A stretch of 64,000 nt of DNA from positions 32,001 through 96,000 of the IMG/VR virus record IMGVR_UViG_3300017766_003354; one strand, given 5' to 3'. Both the position numbers and the translations under genes were made by a program. The stretch's first letter is position 1; the number at the start of each line of letters is the position of its first letter. The stretch is from a virus. This document shows positions 24,492-33,865 of the stretch, piece after piece. The notes beneath the pieces are model-generated. The model was given only the letters and a program-made list of their open reading frames with translations, made no database searches and was not told where the DNA came from.

Positions 24492-24577
24492 GGTATAGTG
24501 GATAAGCGAAATTGGCGACAAGCGAAAGATTTAAAATCTTTTATCCTCTGTGGGTTCGAATCCCACCTATACTACCA
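24492..24577 (+). tRNA. tRNA-Leu(TAA), non-canonical fold
   Basis: aaaga-ttTAAaa-tcttt; no V hairpin; CCA. Confidence 0.8.
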
Positions 24578-24583
24578 ATTCAT

Positions 24584-24669
24584 GGATCGTAAATCAACAA
24601 GGCGTTGACTCTTCCTGCTAAGAAGGTGGAGGTTTAAAAAACCTTTCAGTTCAAATCTGATGCGATCCT
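24584..24669 (+). tRNA. tRNA-Ser(GCT)
   Basis: cttc-ctGCTaa-gaag; V arm; no encoded CCA. Confidence 0.78.
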
Positions 24670-24706
24670 CTCTTCCCTCTCTTGACTCATTCGTGTAAAG
24701 AGAAAT

Positions 24707-25117
24707 GTGACTGTAAATGATAAAGGAAATATTGGGTTGACTAAAGTAATGTCTGATTTAACTGAAAAGGGTTATTCGGTTTTTTTACCGATAGCAGATA
24801 CTAGTTGCGTAGATTTAATTGCGGCTGACGAAGGAATGAATATAAAAAAGATACAAATTAAATATCGCAAAGTTAATAAATTCGGAGTGATTTGTGTTCA
24901 AACTCGCTCTGTTGTCAACGGAAAAAGTATCCCCATTCCTTTAGAACAAATTGATCTTTGGGCTATCTATTGCCCCGATACAAAGCAAATTTATTATTTA
25001 TCTTCTGATATTTTGAAAGGAAAGTCTGTTCTTTCTTTGCGGGTAGATAAAGAAGTAAGAAAATGCGAACAAACAACTTTCGCAGACCAATTCACCGATA
25101 TTAAGAAAGTTTGGTGA
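24707..25117 (+). CDS. PD-(D/E)XK homing-type endonuclease
   Basis: KGNIG...GY.VF.P..D...DLI...KKIQIKYR...ID.WAIYCPDT. Confidence 0.82.
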   Translation: MTVNDKGNIGLTKVMSDLTEKGYSVFLPIADTSCVDLIAADEGMNIKKIQIKYRKVNKFGVICVQTRSVVNGKSIPIPLEQIDLWAIYCPDTKQIYYLSSDILKGKSVLSLRVDKEVRKCEQTTFADQFTDIKKVW

Positions 25118-25143
25118 TTGTCATTAAAACTTTAAATTTCCCA

Positions 25144-25217
25144 GCCTTCATAGTTCAATGGTAGAACTTCAGTTTTGTAATCTGAAAACCCCAGTTCGAT
25201 TCTGGGTGTCGGCTCCA
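25144..25217 (+). tRNA. tRNA-Thr(TGT)
   Basis: ttTGTaa loop; CCA; two acceptor mismatches. Confidence 0.8.
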
Positions 25218-25223
25218 CTTTCT

Positions 25224-25297
25224 GGTCTATTCGTCTAGTGATAGGACTCTCCCCTCGTAAGGTAGAAGCGGGTGTTTGATCCACCCATAGACCTCCA
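25224..25297 (+). tRNA. tRNA-Thr(CGT)
   Basis: ctCGTaa loop; ggtctat/atagacc; CCA. Confidence 0.78.
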
Positions 25298-25303
25298 GTT
25301 TTA

Positions 25304-25382
25304 GCGAATGTCGCATAGTGGCCTATTGCACTACATTGCCAATGTAGAATAAACGCAGGTTCAAATCCTGTCATTCGCACCA
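25304..25382 (+). tRNA. tRNA-Gly(GCC)
   Basis: ctaca-ttGCCaa-tgtag; A73; CCA. Confidence 0.88.
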
Positions 25383-25390
25383 ATTTCAAC

Positions 25391-25465
25391 GGACCATAAG
25401 CTTTGATGTTGAAGCCCTTCTTGGTATGAAGGAAGAACGCAGTTAGAATCTGCGGTGGTCCTCCA
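25391..25465 (+). tRNA. tRNA-Thr(GGT)
   Basis: ccttc-ttGGTat-gaagg; CCA. Confidence 0.8.
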
Positions 25466-25517
25466 CTTTCTAGAAATTTTCTGTTGACTCATTGATAAAA
25501 ATCCCTATACTGCTGCC

Positions 25518-26723
25518 ATGCAAGTAATAAAAAACATCCCTGTCTGGGGAGAAGTTCAAGAAAATGCGGTTGATCAAATGGCTAACGCTCTTAATTGTGG
25601 AGCTTATAAGGCTGCTTTGATGGGGGATCATCATTTGGGCTATTCTGTTCCTGTAGGGGGAGTTATCGCTTATAAGAATGCTATTTCTCCTTCTGGTGTT
25701 GGATTTGATATTGCTTGCGGCAATAAAGCAGTTCTTACTGATGCTTTTCTTCCTGACGTTCTTCCATTTATTGAAAAAATAATGGATGATGTTTTTCGCA
25801 ACATTTCTTTCGGAATTGGAAGAGTTTCAAACTCAAAACATATTGTTGGTCAAAAAGACCCAAGTGATCACCCCTTGTTTAATGACGAAGCTTGGAATAT
25901 TCCTGCAATTTCTGGATACAAAGACTTGGCCCGAAATCAACTAGGAACAGTTGGTTCTGGCAATCACTATGTTGATATATTTGCCGATAATTTTGGTCGT
26001 ATTTGGATTGGAGTCCACTTTGGTTCTCGCGGATTAGGACACAAAACAGCTTCTCATTACATTAAAGAAGGCGGTGGAACAGACGGAATGTTTGTTAATC
26101 CTGTTGTTCTTGATGCTGATTCAGAATTGGGTAAAGAATATATTGCTGCAATGAATCTTGCTGGACGATATGCCTATGCTGGTCGTGATTGGGTTTGCGA
26201 AGAAGTCGCTCGTATCTTGGGGGCTAATATTTTAGACTCTGTTCATAATCATCATAACTTCGCTTGGCTCGAAAACCATGAAGGAGAAGATCTGTGGGTA
26301 GTCCGCAAAGGAGCAACTCCAGCTTTCCCAAATCAAAAAGGATTCGTTGGAGGAACGATGGGCGAAAATTCTGTAATCTTAGAAGGAATTAATCATCTAG
26401 AATGCAAAACTTCTTTATATTCTACTGTCCACGGAGCAGGTCGCGTTATGTCACGAACTGAAGCTGCGGGCAAATCAAAATGGAAACAAGGAAAGAAAAC
26501 CCGTATTTCTGAAGGCAAAGTTTCTCAAGAAATGATGAATGATTGGATTTCTAAAAAGGGAGTCTGCCTTCGTGGCGCGGGGGTTGATGAATCTCCTCAT
26601 TGCTATAAAAGACTTGACGAAGTTCTTGAAGCCCACACAAATACAATTAAAATCTTACATAGTCTGACTCCTATCGGTGTCGCAATGGCAGGAAATGAAG
26701 TTTTCGACCCATATAAAGATTAG
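25518..26723 (+). CDS. rtcB: RtcB RNA 3'-phosphate/5'-OH ligase
   Basis: MGDHHLGY, GVGFDIACG, LGTVGSGNHY, VHFGSRGLG, HNHHNFAW, RKGATPA, HGAGRVMSR, DESP..YK. Confidence 0.95.
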   Translation: MQVIKNIPVWGEVQENAVDQMANALNCGAYKAALMGDHHLGYSVPVGGVIAYKNAISPSGVGFDIACGNKAVLTDAFLPDVLPFIEKIMDDVFRNISFGIGRVSNSKHIVGQKDPSDHPLFNDEAWNIPAISGYKDLARNQLGTVGSGNHYVDIFADNFGRIWIGVHFGSRGLGHKTASHYIKEGGGTDGMFVNPVVLDADSELGKEYIAAMNLAGRYAYAGRDWVCEEVARILGANILDSVHNHHNFAWLENHEGEDLWVVRKGATPAFPNQKGFVGGTMGENSVILEGINHLECKTSLYSTVHGAGRVMSRTEAAGKSKWKQGKKTRISEGKVSQEMMNDWISKKGVCLRGAGVDESPHCYKRLDEVLEAHTNTIKILHSLTPIGVAMAGNEVFDPYKD

Positions 26724-26742
26724 TCTAGTTAAAACACCCATA

Positions 26743-26796
26743 GCCCCGCAGCTTTATTCTTCTACGGAGGATTAAACGCTCGCGGGGCATTTTTTA
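26743..26796 (+). terminator. intrinsic terminator after rtcB
   Basis: gccccgc...gcggggc plus T tract. Confidence 0.65.
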
Positions 26797-26845
26797 TTGA
26801 AAATTCAATAAATTTCGGGTGTAAGAAAGGGTAGTTCTCCTTAAA

Positions 26846-27358
26846 ATGACTTCCCCCGAATTAAACGACATAATCATTACTGTTGCCTCTCAACTTCTTA
26901 TCGTTGGAACTGGATTAATCGCGGCTTATTTTAAATTGCGATCAGAAGTCCAAGCAAAAATCAGCGAAGTCAAAACTCATACCGATGTCACCCTTCAAAA
27001 ATTAAATGGAATGTTGACTTACGTTATCCATTCCTTTGACCGTCCTGCTTGGATTAAAATTGCCACGCAGAGACAAGACGGAGAAGTAGAATTTAGAATG
27101 CTAGAGTTGAATGACTTATATACCGAAACATTTGGGATTTCTCGACACGACTATTTGGGTAAAACAGATTTAGAAGTTGGATGGGATAAAGCGACTTCTG
27201 AAAGAATGAGGAATCACGATTTGCAAGTTTGGGCTTCTGGAGAACCAGCAACTTTTGAAGAGCAAGTTTCTGGAAACAATCTTAAATTCCGAAAAATTCG
27301 TGTTCAATCTCCAAACGGAACTTTAAAAGGTGTTATGGGATATTGCGTGAATTCTTGA
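26846..27358 (+). CDS. membrane-anchored PAS-fold protein
   Basis: N-terminal TM; PAWIK...N..Y...FG.S..DYLGKTD.E...D.QV..SG. Confidence 0.75.
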   Translation: MTSPELNDIIITVASQLLIVGTGLIAAYFKLRSEVQAKISEVKTHTDVTLQKLNGMLTYVIHSFDRPAWIKIATQRQDGEVEFRMLELNDLYTETFGISRHDYLGKTDLEVGWDKATSERMRNHDLQVWASGEPATFEEQVSGNNLKFRKIRVQSPNGTLKGVMGYCVNS

Positions 27359-27399
27359 TTTTATCTTGACAATAGAAGGCTTCAGAAGTAAAAACAAGT

Positions 27400-27933
27400 A
27401 TGACAATTTCCTCATACTCCAATTCCACTTTCTCTTATAGAGACGATTCTGGAAAAGATATTTCTGTTAAAAATCCTACTGAAGAGCAGCGATCCTTACT
27501 TCTTGAAATCTGCACGAATCAAGACGAAAAATGGAAGAACCCAGAATACGACCTTCATGCGCTTTGGCATTCTATTCCTCAATATGAAAAAGGAATGGGA
27601 GGCTATGTTTATAGCGGCCTTCTCGAAAAATGGGCCGAAGATAAACCCCAAGTAAAAACCTTTAGGTTCGATGATGCTATGTTCATGGGCTCTGTAGGAT
27701 TTCTTATTCCTAGCGCCAATAAGTATGAAAAAATGGGTCTAAACGTAATTCTTTGCCCGCAATGTGGAGATCCTTTTGATTTCTTCTGCTACCCTTCTCA
27801 CCTTGAGTCTTTGTTGAAAGCTTTTGGATCTGCGGAATATGATCTTCGAGAAATCCCAGATAGAGATAATAGCTCCCCAATTTTTTTAAAACACGAAGAG
27901 CTGAAGGCTAAACTTCTCAAGACAATCCAATGA
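27400..27933 (+). CDS. hypothetical protein
   Basis: 177 aa ORF with own TTGACA promoter. Confidence 0.7.
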   Translation: MTISSYSNSTFSYRDDSGKDISVKNPTEEQRSLLLEICTNQDEKWKNPEYDLHALWHSIPQYEKGMGGYVYSGLLEKWAEDKPQVKTFRFDDAMFMGSVGFLIPSANKYEKMGLNVILCPQCGDPFDFFCYPSHLESLLKAFGSAEYDLREIPDRDNSSPIFLKHEELKAKLLKTIQ

Positions 27934-28100
27934 AAAAAACTCTCTCGTTGAGCCGCGAAGACCTTTCGCAGTCCAAAAAGAATCTGCCATTTGAGGAAAT
28001 TAAATTGGCGGATTTTGTGGCTATTTTTCACTTGACTGTTGATTATGATAAGGTTATCTTCCGAGACGGCAAGCAGGAAAAAACCCTAAAAAACAAATGA
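27930..28100 (+). CDS. small hypothetical protein
   Basis: Manually read; ATGA overlaps at both ends. Confidence 0.55.
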   Translation: MKKTLSLSREDLSQSKKNLPFEEIKLADFVAIFHLTVDYDKVIFRDGKQEKTLKNK

Positions 28101-28348
28101 AAATTCGAGCTTTTCAAAATGTCGAAGTAGAAATCTCTAAATCTACACGAAAATCCTTGGCTCTGGAATATTTTTTAGAGAAAATGGATTGGAAATTGGA
28201 ATATTTTATTTCTGAAGACGGATTTGTAAAAGAAAAAAAAGCTTTGCATTCTTCTCATTCTTTTGAAATGGAATCTTGTGTCCGAATAGCGAGAGAAGTA
28301 GATCATTCTGTGGCCGCCGTTCTTCCCGTTTTATTAGCTACCCCTTAA
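28097..28348 (+). CDS. hypothetical protein
   Basis: Coupled ORF. Confidence 0.6.
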   Translation: MKIRAFQNVEVEISKSTRKSLALEYFLEKMDWKLEYFISEDGFVKEKKALHSSHSFEMESCVRIAREVDHSVAAVLPVLLATP

Positions 28349-28366
28349 ACCAGTGTAAAGTTCAGT

Positions 28367-29020
28367 GTGAACAAAAAAAACCTCCTCAAAAAATGTTCCC
28401 CAAATTTTGTTCTCTTTTTTGAGTGGGCGGAAGAATACCTCCGAAAGAACAATAAAAAAATTATAATTGTCAACGCTCGAAAAATAAAATTCGACGGAGG
28501 TTTTTGCGGAGGCTGGTGCGACGGTAAAGAAATTGTGATCGCTGGCAGGGGGCTCTTATTTGAAGAAACTTTTGTTCATGAATTCTCTCACATGATGCAG
28601 GCTATTGAAAAGTCTCCATTTTGGACAAAATCAACTACATTTTGGGATGATCTAGAGAAACAAGAGATTAATATCCAATCTTGGAAATCTGTAATTAAAA
28701 TTATTGCTTTAGAAAGAGATTGTGAAAGAAGAGCTTTGGCGCTATCTAAAAAATGGGAGTTATTCGATAACGAGATTTACGCCCAAAGAGCTAATATTTA
28801 TTTGTTTTACTATCATTTGGTTTTTCTTAGAGGAGAATGGATTGACTCTACTGGCCTTTATAATTCTCCGCAATTGAACAAATTGATGCCAAAAACTCTA
28901 GCCCCAATGTCTGCGCTTGAGGCTATTAATATGGATTTGATGGTTATTTTTGACCAGTGCGTGGGAAAAAAGAGAAAAAAGGGTAAAAAAAACTTGCCAA
29001 AGCCCGCCACTTTATCGTAA
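28367..29020 (+). CDS. zincin-like metallopeptidase
   Basis: FVHEFSHMMQ (HExxH) and downstream ERDCE. Confidence 0.7.
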   Translation: MNKKNLLKKCSPNFVLFFEWAEEYLRKNNKKIIIVNARKIKFDGGFCGGWCDGKEIVIAGRGLLFEETFVHEFSHMMQAIEKSPFWTKSTTFWDDLEKQEINIQSWKSVIKIIALERDCERRALALSKKWELFDNEIYAQRANIYLFYYHLVFLRGEWIDSTGLYNSPQLNKLMPKTLAPMSALEAINMDLMVIFDQCVGKKRKKGKKNLPKPATLS

Positions 29021-29029
29021 AATCCGCCC

Positions 29030-29551
29030 ATGTCAGTATATTTTCTAGGCTGCGCCCATTTGGGGCATAATAATATTGGAAAGTTTCGGCCCTTTGTTAA
29101 AGACGGGTCAGACAATATTGATCTAATTCAAGAAGATTGGAATAGAACAATCAATAAAAAAGATCTTATCTTCTGCCTTGGCGATGTTGCTTTTTCTAAA
29201 GAAGGTTTAGATGTTATTGGAAATGCAAAAGGCAGAAAGGTCCTTATTGGAGGAAACCATGATAACCTAGTGTCTTTTCAAGATAAATGCGCTGTCTTTG
29301 AGGAAATCCATGGGATTCTCCGATATAAAAAAATGTGGCTAACTCATTGCCCCATTCACCCAGATGAAATGAGAAAATGTATTGGCAACGTCCATGCTCA
29401 TATCCATAGTCACAAATTAACGGTAAGGAACTGGTATGGAAGAAAAATTCCAGACAAAAGGTATCTTAATGCTTGTGTTGATGTCGTTTATCCAAAATAT
29501 CGGAATGTTTTCCTGACTTTAGATCAAGCAAAAAACCATTTCAATCTGTAA
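29030..29551 (+). CDS. calcineurin-like phosphoesterase
   Basis: HLGH.NI, WN..I...D, LGD, GNHD, THCPIHP, HAHIH. Confidence 0.88.
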   Translation: MSVYFLGCAHLGHNNIGKFRPFVKDGSDNIDLIQEDWNRTINKKDLIFCLGDVAFSKEGLDVIGNAKGRKVLIGGNHDNLVSFQDKCAVFEEIHGILRYKKMWLTHCPIHPDEMRKCIGNVHAHIHSHKLTVRNWYGRKIPDKRYLNACVDVVYPKYRNVFLTLDQAKNHFNL

Positions 29552-29576
29552 AACCATTTACGTGTAAATAAAAAAT

Positions 29577-29966
29577 ATGAAACAAAAATTTCTAATCTCC
29601 GAAGCTTCCAGTAAAGCCGCGCTTGAAGATGCTAAAAACTTCAACCTCTCAGCTACACTAGAGAAAGAAGACGATCAACTCTTTATTGCTTACGAATCTA
29701 AAGCTTATTGCGACACGCCAACTCCTCCAGCTAATCCTACTTGGGATGATTATTATGCTTTGTCAAAAAGTATGTATTCTGAAATGCAGTATCAGATGAA
29801 GTGGATTAGAGAAGATTATCAATATCTTTCTCAGGCTTTTCGTGATCATGAAGTCGGCCATTTGCCAAAAATTTTGGACGGCGGTAAAATGCAAGCGGCG
29901 ATTGATACTTTGGGAATGGGGGACTCGTATCAAGTCCGCAAAGCGGATGTTTATGTTCAATACTAA
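29577..29966 (+). CDS. hypothetical protein
   Basis: 129 aa ORF after GTGTAA motif. Confidence 0.7.
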   Translation: MKQKFLISEASSKAALEDAKNFNLSATLEKEDDQLFIAYESKAYCDTPTPPANPTWDDYYALSKSMYSEMQYQMKWIREDYQYLSQAFRDHEVGHLPKILDGGKMQAAIDTLGMGDSYQVRKADVYVQY

Positions 29967-29992
29967 TCAAGGCAAATAATCCAATACTCTAA

Positions 29993-30024
29993 AAGCGGAT
30001 GGCTTAATTGCTGTCTGCTTTTTT
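29993..30024 (+). terminator. intrinsic terminator
   Basis: aaagcggatggc-ttaatt-gctgtctgcttt plus T tract. Confidence 0.6.
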
Positions 30025-30038
30025 GTGTAATATTTGTT

Positions 30039-30725
30039 ATGGATTATAAGAAAATTCACGACTCTTTAATTGAAAGAGCTAAAAATAGGGTAATCGAAGA
30101 ATATACAGAAAAGCATCACATTATTCCAAGATGCATGGGAGGAGGCAACGAAAAAGAAAATATTGTTCGCTTGACTCCCGAAGAACATTTCTTGGTCCAC
30201 CAATTGCTGATAAAAATATATCCAAACAATCACCGACTAACTTTTGCGGTTGATATGATGTGCGCTAGTAGCAGTAATCACAGCGGGCGTAGGGTAAATA
30301 ACAAAAGATTTGGGTGGTTGAGAAGAAGGGTATCTGAATCTCTCAAAAAAGAAAACATTGACCCTCAGACGCTTATTGCAAGATCGAACTCTTTAAAAGG
30401 AAGAATAATTTCTCCAGAAGCAAGGGCAAAATTGTCAGAAATAAACAAAAAAGAAAATCTTAGCCCAGAAACCTTGGCAAAAAGAGCTAAAGCAAACGAT
30501 GCGCGAAAAGGAAAAAAATTATCTGAAGAAACTAAAATGCGAATGTCTGCTTCGTCCAATCGAAAAAGGTCAGTCTTTCAATATTCAAAAGATGGAGAGT
30601 TTCTTCGGAAGTGGGATAGTCTTACTGACGCAGCAAAAGCCGTTGGAATTCCTGTGACGAATATATCGGCCCACATTCGCGGAAGAGGTTTTTCTGCGGG
30701 AAATTCTTTATGGAAGTATGTATAA
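30039..30725 (+). CDS. free-standing HNH homing endonuclease with NUMOD3/NUMOD1 repeats
   Basis: YTEKHHIIPRCMGG...N.V.LTPEEHF..H; S.E...K repeats; VFQYSKDG. Confidence 0.9.
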   Translation: MDYKKIHDSLIERAKNRVIEEYTEKHHIIPRCMGGGNEKENIVRLTPEEHFLVHQLLIKIYPNNHRLTFAVDMMCASSSNHSGRRVNNKRFGWLRRRVSESLKKENIDPQTLIARSNSLKGRIISPEARAKLSEINKKENLSPETLAKRAKANDARKGKKLSEETKMRMSASSNRKRSVFQYSKDGEFLRKWDSLTDAAKAVGIPVTNISAHIRGRGFSAGNSLWKYV

Positions 30726-30784
30726 CTGAATCGTCAAAAAAAGCAGAAGTTTACGTCACCTACTAAAGAAACTCAAAAAAAAGA

Positions 30785-30809
30785 AGCCCGCCAATTACGG
30801 CGGGCTTTT
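30785..30809. terminator. bidirectional terminator between convergent genes
   Basis: agcccgcc-aattac-ggcgggct-ttt, A-rich on the other side. Confidence 0.7.
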
Positions 30810-30819
30810 GTTTGAATAA

Positions 30820-32610
30820 TTAGTATTTCAGCCATTGAGTCGCTCCGTTCGATGTAACGGTTATACTTTGATATTGTCCAGTAAGATCCACGCTTGAAAC
30901 TCCCTCAATGTTGTCTCCTGCTTGCGCAGAAAGTCTAATAATATCCGCTGTCGCATCGGTTTTTTTGAGTTTGTATGTCTTCCCCGCTGCGCTAGCAGCC
31001 AATGGTAAAACAAAATTAATTGTTCCTGCTCCTCCTATCCCATATAAAGCCGAGTCAGTCAATTTTATTGTATAAGTGCCAGATACAGCGGCTTGTATTT
31101 TTGGGTAATAATCAAAGCTTTGGCTTCGAATAGTTTCATCTTCTACTAGAACTATTCCGAGTTGATAAATATCGACAGTCCCATGACCCAAAAAATTACA
31201 CCATATCTCCATCGTAGATCCGTTTGCAGCGTTAGAGGTAGTTATAATCGGAGTCGTAAGTGTTCCCTCAAAACTTGTCAAATCTAAAGAGTTTTCTGCG
31301 GGGAATCCCGAATTTTGGGACGTTTGTGCTATAGTCCCAAGATTCGCGATTACATAAAAACTAATATTGGAAAATCCAGACCCTTTAATTCTAGCTACAA
31401 CTCTATATTTTCGTCCAGAAATAATTCCTTGTGTAGCTAACGGAACTTTAAGGCCAAATGCCCCGAAACGGTCACTGCCAGTTACGACTATTCTTTGCGC
31501 AATTTGGTTATTAGCATCTACAATTTTTGAATAAACAGCGGTATTACCTGCTGCGTTCGCCGCTGCTGTCCAACTTGTAGGAATGTTCCCACTATATCCA
31601 GAACCACTAACCGCAGAACTTCCTGTGCAATAAGGGTTGGCTGTGATCCAAGCCGCATCACTAGGCATCGGAATTGGAATAGAAGATTTAGAAATTAAAT
31701 CGTCAATCTCTACGGCGACCGCTTCTCCCAATGTTTTTGCCCCGAGGGTATTTGGATGAAGCCCATCTCTAAAATATCCAGTTGTGGGGACTCCCGCCGT
31801 CTTCAAAATTGCTGGATATGGAATCCACTTAATGCCCAGAGCCGCAGCGTCAGCTTCATTAATCGCATTTACGTTGTCTGCTTGTGTTGTTTGTAGCCCA
31901 GCATCGAATGCAGTAAATCTTGGCAAGATGGCTACAGCAACAAGCTTCGAAGGGTGTATCCCTCCCGCAATCAACTCTTCCCACAATGCTCTTCGTCGGG
32001 CCGCAATCGGGGCAGCAGGGACAAATGGATCGGCAATATCATTAGCCCCCGATAACTCTACGATTAAGACATCCTTTCCTGCCGAACGAGAAAGCAGTTG
32101 GGCCAACGGGCCGTTTGAACGCTGAACCACGTATCCTATTCTAGCTGTCGTATTAGTATAATCAACAGTCGTTCCATCGGCAGTCAAAACCCCCCGTATA
32201 TCATTAATCTTATATCCAGAATACCCAAAAGTTTGATCTGAAAATGTTGAGCTTTTTTGCAAGAACTCAAATCTAGCATTTAAAGCAAATCTCACCCATG
32301 TTGGATAACCGTTTCCGACAAAACTCGCTGATTGCACTCCCGCAGCAGAAGTCGTGGCGCTTGAAGCAGCAGCGGTAATAGAGTCTCCTAAAAAAGCGAC
32401 AATAGAAGTTTTTGTTATTCCAAGAGCATCTTGGCTAGCCGCTTCGTCTTCGGCAAGAGCTAAATTAATAGAATCATTATCTGTGCTAATCACTTTTGCA
32501 TCCGCCCCACTTTCACCAGCTTCAATAGCATAAAATAAATCATTATCAGAAGCCTTTAATAGCCTTGAATTAGCTTGAACAGGAAGAGCGAGAATTTGTG
32601 TCGAGGTCAT
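30820..32610 (-). CDS. virion/tail-associated SGNH esterase with CBM-like domain
   Basis: FLGDSIT, G.SG, SGAND, DGLHPN..G; tail-like C-terminus. Confidence 0.8.
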   Translation of the reverse strand: MTSTQILALPVQANSRLLKASDNDLFYAIEAGESGADAKVISTDNDSINLALAEDEAASQDALGITKTSIVAFLGDSITAAASSATTSAAGVQSASFVGNGYPTWVRFALNARFEFLQKSSTFSDQTFGYSGYKINDIRGVLTADGTTVDYTNTTARIGYVVQRSNGPLAQLLSRSAGKDVLIVELSGANDIADPFVPAAPIAARRRALWEELIAGGIHPSKLVAVAILPRFTAFDAGLQTTQADNVNAINEADAAALGIKWIPYPAILKTAGVPTTGYFRDGLHPNTLGAKTLGEAVAVEIDDLISKSSIPIPMPSDAAWITANPYCTGSSAVSGSGYSGNIPTSWTAAANAAGNTAVYSKIVDANNQIAQRIVVTGSDRFGAFGLKVPLATQGIISGRKYRVVARIKGSGFSNISFYVIANLGTIAQTSQNSGFPAENSLDLTSFEGTLTTPIITTSNAANGSTMEIWCNFLGHGTVDIYQLGIVLVEDETIRSQSFDYYPKIQAAVSGTYTIKLTDSALYGIGGAGTINFVLPLAASAAGKTYKLKKTDATADIIRLSAQAGDNIEGVSSVDLTGQYQSITVTSNGATQWLKY

Positions 32611-32611
32611 A

Positions 32612-32923
32612 TTAACTTAATACTGAATTATAATTAGAATCAAAAACTGATTGAGAGTCTGTATCTAGGACAATATTTGAGGCTATAAGTTCTTCATCTC
32701 CACTCATATACCTAAACCCGCCATCATAAGGAGAAAACGCCAAATCATTAAACCCAAAAGTTATAACTTTGCGGTTGAATTCTCTGACTAAATGGCCGTC
32801 ATATAAATGAGCGTGATCCAAAGGCTCTAAGACAGCTTCAATCTGCAAACGAATTGCGGCCCAAAAGCTGGAATCTCCAGTAAAGGTCGAATGAATTTCT
32901 GATTGTAGCCAATATGGTCCCAC
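32612..32923 (-). CDS. hypothetical protein
   Basis: GTG start 8 nt after GTGTAA (32932-32937); avoids overlap with the + gene. Confidence 0.6.
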   Translation of the reverse strand: MGPYWLQSEIHSTFTGDSSFWAAIRLQIEAVLEPLDHAHLYDGHLVREFNRKVITFGFNDLAFSPYDGGFRYMSGDEELIASNIVLDTDSQSVFDSNYNSVLS

Positions 32924-32985
32924 GGAATGTTTTACACATAATTTTAGGATTTTCAGTGTAAGAAAAGAAGAACCCCAAAAATAAA

Positions 32986-33831
32986 ATGTCAATCGACTTA
33001 GGCTCCTCTCCGACTCCTCCAAACGCGGCCCCTACAGAAGCCGAGAAAACCCAAATAAGAAATTCTCTTTCAACAAGCAACAAATCTTGGATTATTGGAG
33101 ATTTCAATACTTTAAATAGTGGAGACGCTTCTTTAATTTGTGGCTATAGCAACTCAAATAATAGAGGCAACTATAGTATCGTCGGAGGATATAATAATGA
33201 CTACAATTTAGGAGAATCTTCGTTGTTATGCGGAAATAGCAATGGCCCAAATTATGGAGCTAGCAGCCTTATCATGGGAAGCGCGAATGGCTTAAATTCT
33301 GGCTATTCTGCGCTTGTGGCTGGAGAAAATAATGAGGGTAACGCAGGGTCTTGCTCTTTGATTTTCGGAGAATATGCGGCGTATAATAAATTTGGAGACG
33401 CTTTAATTCAAGGTGGAGGAATGTCGGCGCGACGAGTCTCTGCTATTTTGACGAAACAAACACTCGATAATACTCCAACTCCTCTTACTATTGGAGGAGC
33501 GGCAGAAAACGCTTCTAATAGGCTTTTTATAGAAAATAATACAGCGTGGGCGTTTACCATTAACGCCATCGCCGCTAATGCAAATAAAAGCTCTGTCCAA
33601 TCATTTACTCGTAGAGGACTCATTACTAATAATAATGGATCGACTATACTTGTTGGCTCAGAATCTATCGGCACAGATTTTTCATATAATGGGTTGAGCG
33701 GGGCTATTATTCTTTCCGCTGATAATACATACGATACTTTAGTTGTTACTGCTAGTGGTATCGCAACTACTTTGGACTGGACGGCGAGCGTTGATTTGGT
33801 TCAAGTGGGTCTTCATTCTACGCCAGAATAA
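32986..33831 (+). CDS. tail fibre/adhesin-like protein with G/N-rich repeats
   Basis: Repeated SL..G..N units; C-terminal beta domain. Confidence 0.65.
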   Translation: MSIDLGSSPTPPNAAPTEAEKTQIRNSLSTSNKSWIIGDFNTLNSGDASLICGYSNSNNRGNYSIVGGYNNDYNLGESSLLCGNSNGPNYGASSLIMGSANGLNSGYSALVAGENNEGNAGSCSLIFGEYAAYNKFGDALIQGGGMSARRVSAILTKQTLDNTPTPLTIGGAAENASNRLFIENNTAWAFTINAIAANANKSSVQSFTRRGLITNNNGSTILVGSESIGTDFSYNGLSGAIILSADNTYDTLVVTASGIATTLDWTASVDLVQVGLHSTPE

Positions 33832-33865
33832 AACTTGTTATTCCGATTCTCATACTTAGCTAAAA

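Noticed and set aside
19125-25389. ORF-track entries overlapping tRNAs (e.g. 19695, 20248, 21122, 21159, 22399, 24161, 25132)
   Set aside because: These are translations of tRNA/ncRNA sequence (GFEP/GIEP-type artefacts).
30039-30725. Group I intron around the HNH-NUMOD gene
   Set aside because: Flanked by terminators and complete genes; no interrupted host gene.
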